A stretch of 64,000 nucleotides of DNA from Capsulimonadaceae bacterium (lineage in GTDB: Bacteria; Armatimonadota; Armatimonadia; Armatimonadales; Capsulimonadaceae), in NCBI GenBank assembly GCA_965215505.1, contig OZ244065.1, positions 832,001-896,000 on the forward strand. The letters are read 5' to 3'. Below, piece after piece: positions 56,053 through 64,000 of the stretch (the first letter of the stretch is position 1; each line of letters begins with the position of its first letter). The notes below the pieces were generated by a model that saw only the letters and a program-made list of their open reading frames with translations, ran no database searches and was not told the DNA's origin. The translations under genes and the position numbers were made by a program.

Positions 56053-57312
56053 ATGAACGACAACCTCAGCCGCGCACATCTACTTTTCGACCAGGGCCGC
56101 TACCCGATGGCGGCGGAGGAGGCCGGGCGGCAGCTCGCCTCGGACCCCGACGACCCGCTCGCCCACTGCCTGCTCGCCCTCTGCCTTTCCAAGATGGAGC
56201 GGCACGAGGAGGCGATCCGGGAGGCGCAGACCGCCGTCCATCTCGCGCCGGACTTCCCCAACGGCTATGCCGTCCTGGGGAGCGTCCTGGATGATGTCGG
56301 GCGACTGCGCGAAGCCGAGGCCGCCGCCCGCGCGGCCCTGCGGCTGGACCCGGACGAGGCGAGCCACTACGCCCTCCTTGCCAGCATCCGCATCCAGCAG
56401 CGGCAGTGGGCGGACGCCTTGGAGCAGGCGGACCGGGGACTCGCCATTGACCCGGACCACACCGGCTGCGCGAACCTGAAGGGGATCGCCCTGGTGAACC
56501 TGGGCCGGAACCAGGAGGCGGGCGCGGCCATCCAGACCAATCTCGCCAAGGACCCGGAGAACGCGGCCACCCACGCCAACCAGGGCTGGGCCTTGCTGCA
56601 CCAGGGGGACCACAAGGCGGCGATGGACCACTTCCGCGAGGCCCTGCGGCTCAAGCCGGACATGGAATGGGCGCAGCAGGGCATCCTGGAAGCCCTCCGC
56701 GCCCGCAACCCGGTGTACGGGCTGATGCTCCGCTATTTCCTCTGGATGTCCCGCTTCAGCGGCAAGATGCAGCTCGGCATCATCGTCGGGGCGTATGTCG
56801 GCTACCGCTTGATACGCGGCCTGGAGAGTTCCCACCCCGCGCTCGCCCCGTTCCTGCTGCCGGTCATCATCGCCTATGTCGCCTTCGTGTACCTGAACTG
56901 GACCGCTCGCCCGCTGTTCAACCTGCTATTGCGCCTGGACAGGTTCGGACGTCTTGCCCTGACGCGCGACCAGGTTGTCGCCTCCAACTGGTTCGGGGCA
57001 TCGCTGCTGGCCGCCCTCGCCGCGCTCGGCGGGGCTTTGGAAACCGGCCGCGGCTCTCTCTGGTTCCTCGCCGCCGCGTTCCTGATGCTGACGGTCCCGA
57101 TCTCCGCCACGTTCGCGCGCAAGCCGGACAACGGCCGGCTGTGGATGGCGGTCTACACCGTCGCCCTGACGGCCCTCGCCCTCATCGCGGCGGGCGTCTG
57201 CTTTTTCCAGGGGACGCGGGCGGCGGACACCCTGTTCACCGCCTTCTTCTACGGCTTCGCCGGTTTCCTCTGGATCGCCAACCTCTCCGGCGCGCGGCGG
57301 GAGTACCGCTAG
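56053..57312 (+). CDS. TPR-repeat protein with C-terminal multi-TM domain
   Basis: About 6 TPR units followed by about 6 hydrophobic helices. Confidence 0.85.
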   Translation: MNDNLSRAHLLFDQGRYPMAAEEAGRQLASDPDDPLAHCLLALCLSKMERHEEAIREAQTAVHLAPDFPNGYAVLGSVLDDVGRLREAEAAARAALRLDPDEASHYALLASIRIQQRQWADALEQADRGLAIDPDHTGCANLKGIALVNLGRNQEAGAAIQTNLAKDPENAATHANQGWALLHQGDHKAAMDHFREALRLKPDMEWAQQGILEALRARNPVYGLMLRYFLWMSRFSGKMQLGIIVGAYVGYRLIRGLESSHPALAPFLLPVIIAYVAFVYLNWTARPLFNLLLRLDRFGRLALTRDQVVASNWFGASLLAALAALGGALETGRGSLWFLAAAFLMLTVPISATFARKPDNGRLWMAVYTVALTALALIAAGVCFFQGTRAADTLFTAFFYGFAGFLWIANLSGARREYR

Positions 57313-57557
57313 GAGGGGCGCGATTCATCGCGCCCTCGTGTCCTGCCGCGCCCTCGTGCCCTGCCCCGTAGGGGCGAACCTTGTGTTCGCCCTTCCTGTT
57401 CCTGCTCGCCCTTCCTGTTCCTGCTCGCCCTCCTCAATCTAGGAAGGATGGGTGCAATAAGCGCCCACGGAAACACGAAGCCCGCCCGGCGCATCTGCGC
57501 CGGACGGGCTTCTCACGGACGGGCTTCTCACGGACGTGCCTCTCACGGACGTCCTTA
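57313..57557. repeat. Composite repeat cluster (REP palindromes plus short tandem repeats)
   Basis: GGGGCGCGATTCATCGCGCCC; GTAGGGGCGAACCTTGTGTTCGCCC; duplicated CTTCCTGTTCCTGCTCGCC; 15-bp unit CGGACGGGCTTCTCA x3-4 at 57501-57557. Confidence 0.8.
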
Positions 57558-58802
57558 CGGAGTAGCCTTAGTCGGCAAGGGTGCCAGGAACTGAGCGCGG
57601 AGGAGGTCTACCTTCTCCTGATGCTCAGTGGCCCACTTCTTCCAGAACGAGACGTACTTGTCTTCCTGAGCCTGGAAGGACGCCGTATCAGGATGATCCG
57701 GCGTGTTGGTGGCCGCGTACAAAGCCGACACGATGGAGTACCGGGCGTCAGGGTCGGAGTCGTCCAGGTGTTCCAGTAGCGAAGGGACGGCCACAGGGTC
57801 AGCCAGTTGGCGGAGGGCAGCCGCCGCCTGCGATCTTACATTCGGGTTGCTATCGCTAAGGAGGCCCACTAGCGGCCTCGTCGCAGCCGGGTTGCGGTAG
57901 AAGGTGAGGAGAGAGACGGCCTCCCCAGTTTCCTCCAGCTTATACTGCCTGTCGGCGATCTTGGCAAGCATCGGGATCATAGCCACGTCCTGAAGCCTGC
58001 CCAGGGTGAGGATGGCTCGCTCGCGTACTTCGGTGCTGCCGTTCATCGTCTGCATCAGCACTGTCGGCAGGACGCGGCTCTTCACGAAGCCTTCTAAATC
58101 CGTCGCCGCAGACTGCGGCGTCGAAAAAGGTTCCCCGAAAACTAAACGGTCTGTGACCGCGTAGTCGAAGCGATCGCCATCCGGCTTGGCGTTGAGAAGG
58201 TAGCCGACCTCCCCGAGACGCTTAAGGCACTCCAAGCGAATCGCGCCATCCGGCACCTCCAGCGCTCGCACCAGGGTCAGGATGACTCGGCGCAGGGGCG
58301 TAGCGGGGGCGAGCACGCCCTCCAAAGAAGCGTTGCCAATGGGGACAAGCGGGGCGGGCAGGGCAAAAGGCGAGTAAAGCGCGAATGCCTCCGAGCCGCC
58401 GTCCTGTGGGCGGGGCGACCGGCGCAGGAAAAAGAGCGCCCTTTCCCCAGCCACGACCTGCGGGTAGTGGCGATAGTTGGATGACATGCGCGGGGGAGAA
58501 GGAGGCGCCGGATACAGGAAGTGAAGGTGGGTCCCTGGGAGGCTGCCTGACAACACGGCTTCGACCGAGACTTCTGCGCTTTCGACCTGAGCGTCTGCGG
58601 TGTAGCCCGTCCCGGAGTCAAACAGTCCGTGTCCGAGTTCGCCCACGCTTTTGATGGTGCCGACACAGATTACCTCGGATTTGGGTATGGCGGAACTTAT
58701 CTCCCCGTTCGGCACAACGCCTGCGCCTGCCGGTTGCATCAGGGCAAAAAGCAGGGCGGACCACAGCCATGACCGGCATCGCTGAATTGTTTGAGTTTTC
58801 AT
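57555..58802 (-). CDS. Secreted HEAT-repeat protein
   Basis: Signal-like N-terminus; LSDSNPNVRSQAAAAL and LDDSDPDARYSIVSAL repeats. Confidence 0.75.
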   Translation of the reverse strand: MKTQTIQRCRSWLWSALLFALMQPAGAGVVPNGEISSAIPKSEVICVGTIKSVGELGHGLFDSGTGYTADAQVESAEVSVEAVLSGSLPGTHLHFLYPAPPSPPRMSSNYRHYPQVVAGERALFFLRRSPRPQDGGSEAFALYSPFALPAPLVPIGNASLEGVLAPATPLRRVILTLVRALEVPDGAIRLECLKRLGEVGYLLNAKPDGDRFDYAVTDRLVFGEPFSTPQSAATDLEGFVKSRVLPTVLMQTMNGSTEVRERAILTLGRLQDVAMIPMLAKIADRQYKLEETGEAVSLLTFYRNPAATRPLVGLLSDSNPNVRSQAAAALRQLADPVAVPSLLEHLDDSDPDARYSIVSALYAATNTPDHPDTASFQAQEDKYVSFWKKWATEHQEKVDLLRAQFLAPLPTKATP

Positions 58803-58876
58803 TGTTTGTGACGTTTCCCCCATTTTATGTACCACGGGCGGAGTGAGTGTTTTGGTCGTCTAGCAAGGCGGCTTAG

Positions 58877-59710
58877 TTATTGGTTCTCCCCCTGCTTGTG
58901 TTGGTGTTCTCGGTTCTCTTGCCGCCAAGCCCGCGCGAAGGCGGCGGGCGGCATATACTTCAAGCTGCTGTGCGGGCGCTCCTCATTGTACCAGCGTCGC
59001 TGGGTTTCCAGCCGCACCTGCGCCTCGGGGACGGTGGCGAAAACTTCGCGGTCCAGAAGCTCATCGCGCAGTTTGCCGTGGAAGCTCTCCTGGAACCCGT
59101 TCTGCCACGGGCAGCCAGGGTCGATGTAGTGCGGCGCGGAGCCGCTTTCTCGCAGCCAGCTTTGGACTTCGGCGGCGATGAACTCAGGGCCGTTGTCGCT
59201 GCGGACGAAGCGCGGGATGCCGCGTGAAGCAAACAACGGCTTCAAGGCCATCACCACCGCCTGGCTGGTCAGGGACACGCCCACCGTCACGGACAGCCAC
59301 TCGCGGGTGAACTCGTCGAGCACGCTCAGGATACGCAGCTTACGCCCAGACAGCAGCCCATCCGCCTGGAAATCGTAGATCCAGACATGATTAGGATGCT
59401 CCGCCTGGCACGGAACGCCACGCCCCGTCCTGATCTTGCGCTTCTTGGGACGCTGCGGCACTTGAAGCCCGTGCTTGCGCCAGACGCGCTCCACGCGCTT
59501 ATGGTTAATGACCTGCCCGCCTGCCCGCAACAAAGCGTGGGCGCGTGGGACGCCGAAGCGCGGGTATTTGTGCTTGATCTGCTCAAGCTGCTCCCTGAGC
59601 GCCTGATCGTCACGCGGATGTGCCTGGTAGCGGGCACTGGATCGGGCTAGGGTTGCCAGGCGGCAGGCTTTGCGCTGAGACAGCCCGCGCTTCGTCGCCT
59701 GCGAAACCAC
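58877..59710 (-). CDS. IS3 transposase OrfB (DDE integrase core)
   Basis: PNHVWIYDF, LDEFTRE, RSDNGPEF, PWQNGFQESF and YNEERPHSSL motifs. Confidence 0.93.
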   Translation of the reverse strand: MVSQATKRGLSQRKACRLATLARSSARYQAHPRDDQALREQLEQIKHKYPRFGVPRAHALLRAGGQVINHKRVERVWRKHGLQVPQRPKKRKIRTGRGVPCQAEHPNHVWIYDFQADGLLSGRKLRILSVLDEFTREWLSVTVGVSLTSQAVVMALKPLFASRGIPRFVRSDNGPEFIAAEVQSWLRESGSAPHYIDPGCPWQNGFQESFHGKLRDELLDREVFATVPEAQVRLETQRRWYNEERPHSSLKYMPPAAFARAWRQENREHQHKQGENQ

Positions 59711-59745
59711 CGCGCGCCCCTCGGCCAGCGGGTCGGCGGCCTCGG

Positions 59746-60012
59746 CTACTTTTTTTGCAGGATCTCCTTGATGATGTCGACCTCCAGGTCGCGCTCGGCG
59801 AGCAGGCGTTTCAGTCGGGCGTTCTCTTTTTCGAGTTCACGGACGCGGGCGGCTTCACTGGTGTTCAGGCCGCCGAAGCGTGAGCGCCAGCGGTAGAAGG
59901 TATTTTCGGCGATGTTGTGCTGACGGCAGACTTCCGCGATGGTCTGCTCGCTCTTCTCGGCTTGCTGCAAGATGGCGACGATCTGCTCGTCGGTGAACTG
60001 GCTCTTCTGCAT
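59746..60012 (-). CDS. IS3 transposase OrfA (HTH)
   Basis: KSQFTDEQI, TFYRWRSRFGG and ELEKENARLKRLLA motifs. Confidence 0.93.
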   Translation of the reverse strand: MQKSQFTDEQIVAILQQAEKSEQTIAEVCRQHNIAENTFYRWRSRFGGLNTSEAARVRELEKENARLKRLLAERDLEVDIIKEILQKK

Positions 60013-60059
60013 TCGAGTATTCTACCTTTCGGGTCAATACTCACTTCGCAAATGGTATA

Positions 60060-61006
60060 GGTTTTGGGGGAAAGGTCAACAGCAGTGCTGATCTTAGGCT
60101 CGTGAGAGGTGATGGCAAACGCGGGGCTGGACGCGGATACTCCATTCAGCGTGTATGTCACCACCGCACTGGCCCTCCCAGACCCTGTTGAGCGGTAGGT
60201 TACATTCGGTGTCGTTCCGCCATCAGTTACTATCGCCGCGCCAGTGATAGACCAGCTATAGGTAGTATTTGCCGGCTGACCGACGGCGGCAGTCAGATGA
60301 CCTATCTCATCTGGCGACAGAGGAGGATTCTCCGTGGGGTAGTCGCAGTAGTAGCGTACATCCTTGGTGCCTGTGGGATCAATGGGTCCACCAATCACAT
60401 AAACTTTATGGTCTTGGAGAGGTATCCCGACATGCTGCCGACGGCCCCATTAGGACCCTTGGCTTTGTAGGTGACGGCACAGGTCACGGACACGACATAG
60501 CCGTCAGTCCGAGCAGGACTAGTTTCAGCGACGGTGACAGTCGTCGTGGCGTCGTTCGGCGGGGAGAAGGTGTCGGAGAGGGTGTTGGCCGGGGGCGTCT
60601 GCGGCTGGCTGCCGCGGGCGTCTGCGGTCGCGGTCCACAGATAACCCGGAGGACCGTCGGCGACCCACCCCGGCATATCGGGATCGGGTTGGGGGGTTCC
60701 TGCGCTTGCCGTGGCCGTGAACGTAACCGGCGTATTGACAGGGGTTGTCACACAAGGGCCACCATTAGTATCAACACCATCAGCACTCGTCGTGATAGTG
60801 GTGCCGGTGACGGTCCCCGCGATTATGGCACTCTGTCCCCCCGGCCCCCCGCCTGGGGCCGGGGCCTGAGCCGGCTTCGCCCCCAGGAGGACCGCAAGCG
60901 TACAGCACAGCAGGACGGCCACCACGGCAAGAGGAGCGAGACTAGCGATTAGGCGCGGGAAGATGGGCGCGGGAAGATTGGGACAGCATCCGATCACTCC
61001 ATTCAA
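60060..61006 (-). pseudogene. Thr-rich secreted Ig-like protein gene, frameshifted near 60398 and truncated by IS3
   Basis: Signal-like hydrophobic stretch and beta-rich repeats in ORF 60395-61006; continues in another frame (VIGGPIDP...) up to the IS end. Confidence 0.6.
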
Positions 61007-61168
61007 CGCAAAGGTCAGGAAAGGGAGAGGGCGCTACAATACGCCGGTGAGCCTCGGTACGGACGTGAGGAGGAACATAGGGATTGTATGCGGGTATTGC
61101 GACAAAGTCAAGGGTTTGGGAAACTGATTTATTGCGGCAGTGACGGCGAACAGGCGGTCAAAAAGGCA

Positions 61169-61274
61169 AACAGGAAGGGCGAGCAGGAACAGGAAGGGCG
61201 AACACAAGGTTCGCCCCTACGTCTTTGCGTTTATCATGTCTGCGTGCCGCATAGGGGCGCGGTGAATTGCGCCC
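61169..61274. repeat. REP cluster; 53 bp are the exact inverted copy of 57367-57419
   Basis: AACAGGAAGGGCGAGCAGGAACAGGAAGGGCGAACACAAGGTTCGCCCCTACG plus TAGGGGCGCGGTGAATTGCGCCC. Confidence 0.85.
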
Positions 61275-61299
61275 TCCCCTCCTGCCGCGCCCTCGTTCC

Positions 61300-62376
61300 T
61301 TATCGCGCTCCTACCACATGCCCAAAATCCTGTGCCGAGGCCAGCCGCTTCTGGCCGACCTCCCAGGTGTGTTCCCAGGGCCGCTTCGCCTGTGCCAGCT
61401 CCTCGTAGCGCCCGCTGTAAGGCTCCATCTTCCAGCCCATGAAGGCCCAGCCGACGTAGTTGCCGACGTCCCAGATCTTCTCCGAGGGGAGCTGCCCCTT
61501 GAACTGCGGCATCGCGCTGCCGGGGATGCCGTAGAGGACGACGTAGTAGATGACGCCGTTCGAGATTGAGCTGACCTCGTTCTTGCGGTAATCGTAGTGG
61601 TAGCCCGGCTGTCCGCCCTGCGTGCTGGCACCCGAGGCCTGCACCAGGGTAAAGTCCATCGGCGGCGGGTTCAGATACGGCTTGGATGGGCCGCGCCCGT
61701 CCCCGTGTTCGCCGTGGCAGCCCGCGCAATAGGCGACGTACAGGACACGCCCGCGCTCGATGGAGCCTTCCGTCACCGGCTCCGGGTTCGGCATGACCAG
61801 CCAGGAACTCGGCATGGTCGAGTTCAGGTAGGGCAGGTTCTCGGCAGGCCCCTTCTGATAATACTTGATCAGATTGACCTTGAGGTCGCGCTGCTGCTGG
61901 GCGCGCTTGATGCCGTCCTTGCCGCCGAGGCACTGGAGGTAGGCGATCAGGTTGACGCGGTCCTGGCCGACGATGTAGCTGAAGGACGGCATGAACGACT
62001 GGGGCCGGGTATAGCGCGGGTTCTGGAAGTGCGCCATGTGCCAGTCGTCGGTGTGGTAGCCGGCCTCGCGCATCAGGTCGGGGCCGTTGCGGGAGGAGCC
62101 GACCAGATGCGGGGAGTCATAGGCGTAGTCGCCGGGCTGGGCGGCCAGGCCGCTGCCCATGCCCCAGTCCATCGGGCGCGTGTCCTGCGAATGGCAATAA
62201 ACACAGCCGTTCTGGACATAGATGTCGCGGCCCTTCAGCTCCTGCGCCGTATACTGGTGCGCGTTCGGCGACGGCTGCGGGTTGAAGACGACTGTCGGCG
62301 TCAGGGCGATGGCGACGATGATGGTGAACGCGACCAGGAACGAGCCGAACAGGACTGTCAGCGGTGTCATTTTCAT
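61300..62376 (-). CDS. ccoO: cbb3-type oxidase subunit II fused to a second cytochrome c domain
   Basis: GRDIYVQNGCVYCHSQ, GSSRNGPDL and SFMPSF motifs; second heme site CAGCHG...GSAMP. Confidence 0.88.
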   Translation of the reverse strand: MKMTPLTVLFGSFLVAFTIIVAIALTPTVVFNPQPSPNAHQYTAQELKGRDIYVQNGCVYCHSQDTRPMDWGMGSGLAAQPGDYAYDSPHLVGSSRNGPDLMREAGYHTDDWHMAHFQNPRYTRPQSFMPSFSYIVGQDRVNLIAYLQCLGGKDGIKRAQQQRDLKVNLIKYYQKGPAENLPYLNSTMPSSWLVMPNPEPVTEGSIERGRVLYVAYCAGCHGEHGDGRGPSKPYLNPPPMDFTLVQASGASTQGGQPGYHYDYRKNEVSSISNGVIYYVVLYGIPGSAMPQFKGQLPSEKIWDVGNYVGWAFMGWKMEPYSGRYEELAQAKRPWEHTWEVGQKRLASAQDFGHVVGAR

Positions 62377-62396
62377 GGCGGGACGGTTTTGCTTTT

Positions 62397-64000
62397 CTAA
62401 TCTACAGCAACGGCGCGGTCGTCAAACTGCGAGGCGGGCGCAGGCAGTTCCTGCAAGTCGGCAATCTCCTTGCGGCGCTCCCCGGCTTGGTCCGTCGGCG
62501 TGTGGCGGATCGTCATAATCAGATTGATGAGCATCATGATGACCGCAACCACGATCATGCCCCCGGCCGCCGAGCGCAGGTAGAAGTACGGCTTCACGAC
62601 GGGGTAAGCCTTGACCACCTGCTCCCCGAGCGACACCCAGGCGCTGGCCTGCGCCAGACCCGCCCCCGTGATGGCCCAGAAGTAGAGGTTGATGCCGAGC
62701 AGCATCAGCCAGTACTGCGTGTCGCCCAGGTTCCGGCTCCACAGGTGCTTGCGGACGATCTGCGGCACCATGTACAACATGGCGCCCGAGGCGATGAACC
62801 CGAACGCCCCCAGCAGGGCTAGATGCGCGTGCGCGATGGTCCACTGCGAGAAGTGCAGGAAGCGGTTCACCGCCATTAGCGACTGCACCGAGCCTTGGAA
62901 CGAGGCCGTCAGATAGAAGAACGCGCCGGTCAGGATGAACCGCAGCGGGATGTTTTCGAGGATCTGCCCCCACTCGCCGCGCATCGTCATGTAGATGTTT
63001 ACGCTGAAGGAGAACACCGGGATGATCAGCGCAATCGAGCCGATGATCGAAAACACCTTGAGCCAGTTCGGGATCGGCGCTTGCAGCAGGTGGTGCATGC
63101 CGGTGTTGGTGTAGAACAGGGCGATGGACCAGAAGCCGATCAGCGACAGCATGTGTGAGTAGAGCGGGCGTCGGGTCAGTTTGGGCACCATGTAGTAGAC
63201 GATGGCGATGCCGCCCGTCGTGATGTACAGGCCGAAAACATTGTGGCCGTAGAACCAGTTGAACACGGCATCATCCAGGCCCGTCAGGGACCCGGTGCGC
63301 TGGAAGTTGGTGACGCCGTCCGGAATGCTCCCCACGGCGTTGTTCCACAGGATGTGCTTGTGGCCGTCCGCCGAAAGGTAGGTCGTGAACGGGTGCCACA
63401 TGACGTGCCCGATGAAGAACATCATGGCGATCCAGACCACGCTGCCGCCGATATACCAGAGCGAGACATACAGCTTCGGCTCGCGGCGAGCGGCGATGGT
63501 CTGGAAGATGATGACCGCGTTGACCCCCATCAGGATGAGGATCGGCCAGTCGATGTACATCGGGTACTCGGCGTACTCTTTCCCCTTCGTGTCGCCCCAC
63601 ATGACCGCAAGCGCCCCAACTAGGACGCCGAGGTTCCACAGGACGAGCAGGATGTTCGCCGCCCGGTTGGACCGCAGGGGCGTTTTGCACAGGCGCGGGA
63701 CGATGAAGTACCACGCGCCGAAGAAGGCGGTGGAAAGGAATCCGAACAGCACGATGTTGACGTGCGCGGGCCGCAGGCGGCTGAAGACGAGTTGGGCGAT
63801 GCCGGCGAAGATGTCCGGGGTCGTCAGCTCGTCCGACATGATCAGGCCGAGCAAGGTGCCGATGACGAACCAGACGGCCCCGGACATCAGGCCGTGCAGG
63901 GCCGCCGAGTCGGGCCGGTCCAGGCGCTCCCACAAGGTGTCGCGGGCGGGCGCATCAGGCGCGGGGTCTGAGGGACGCGAGGGCAGCAGGGATGTGAATG
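62397..64000 (-). CDS. ccoN: cbb3-type oxidase subunit I; frame open to the window edge, so probably 5' partial
   Basis: RLRPAHVN, KEYAEY, WFYGHN, LYSHML, Y..GMHHL and WTIAHAH motifs. Confidence 0.92.
   Translation of the reverse strand, partial: FTSLLPSRPSDPAPDAPARDTLWERLDRPDSAALHGLMSGAVWFVIGTLLGLIMSDELTTPDIFAGIAQLVFSRLRPAHVNIVLFGFLSTAFFGAWYFIVPRLCKTPLRSNRAANILLVLWNLGVLVGALAVMWGDTKGKEYAEYPMYIDWPILILMGVNAVIIFQTIAARREPKLYVSLWYIGGSVVWIAMMFFIGHVMWHPFTTYLSADGHKHILWNNAVGSIPDGVTNFQRTGSLTGLDDAVFNWFYGHNVFGLYITTGGIAIVYYMVPKLTRRPLYSHMLSLIGFWSIALFYTNTGMHHLLQAPIPNWLKVFSIIGSIALIIPVFSFSVNIYMTMRGEWGQILENIPLRFILTGAFFYLTASFQGSVQSLMAVNRFLHFSQWTIAHAHLALLGAFGFIASGAMLYMVPQIVRKHLWSRNLGDTQYWLMLLGINLYFWAITGAGLAQASAWVSLGEQVVKAYPVVKPYFYLRSAAGGMIVVAVIMMLINLIMTIRHTPTDQAGERRKEIADLQELPAPASQFDDRAVAVD

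Larger units (their letters stand above)
58828..60059 (-). mobile_element. IS3-family insertion sequence (about 1232 bp)
   Basis: Imperfect IRs TGTACCACGGGCGGAGTGAGT / TATACCATTTGCGAAGTGAGT; orfA and orfB with an A7G -1 frameshift site; no target duplication visible. Confidence 0.9.

Noticed and set aside
57313-57557. Repeat cluster as a possible CRISPR array
   Set aside because: Units are adjacent tandem or palindromic repeats without unique spacers, and there are no cas genes.

Overview
High-GC bacterial chromosomal window. It is probably Armatimonadota (inferred from the UBact-type proteasome locus and a small membrane protein ending in a GVWPPAP motif). It holds about 55 protein genes; no rRNA, tRNA or CRISPR array was recognised. 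The centrepiece is a complete UBact-proteasome operon (arc-dop-ubact-prcB-prcA-pafA, 6023-12895). Its ATPase lacks the GQYL/HbYX docking tail, and a C-terminally truncated ECF sigma factor overlaps its start. Other notable parts are an APC permease-PP2C-Ser/Thr kinase module, an orphan full-length CcrM-like DNA methyltransferase, and a convergent overlapping Fic/VbhA-like pair hit by an IS1 with an 8-bp target duplication. There is also an 11-gene Rex-led operon with a Rex box over its transcription start and DprE1/DprE2 homologues, a TPR-AAA ATPase plus TPR-membrane protein pair, and an IS3 that truncates a secreted-protein gene. The window also carries several GTAG-type REP/REPIN elements, pho-box-like direct repeats, many apparently leaderless promoters, and a cbb3-type oxidase with a CcoO-cytochrome c fusion. 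All calls come from motif recognition by eye; no database searches were run.
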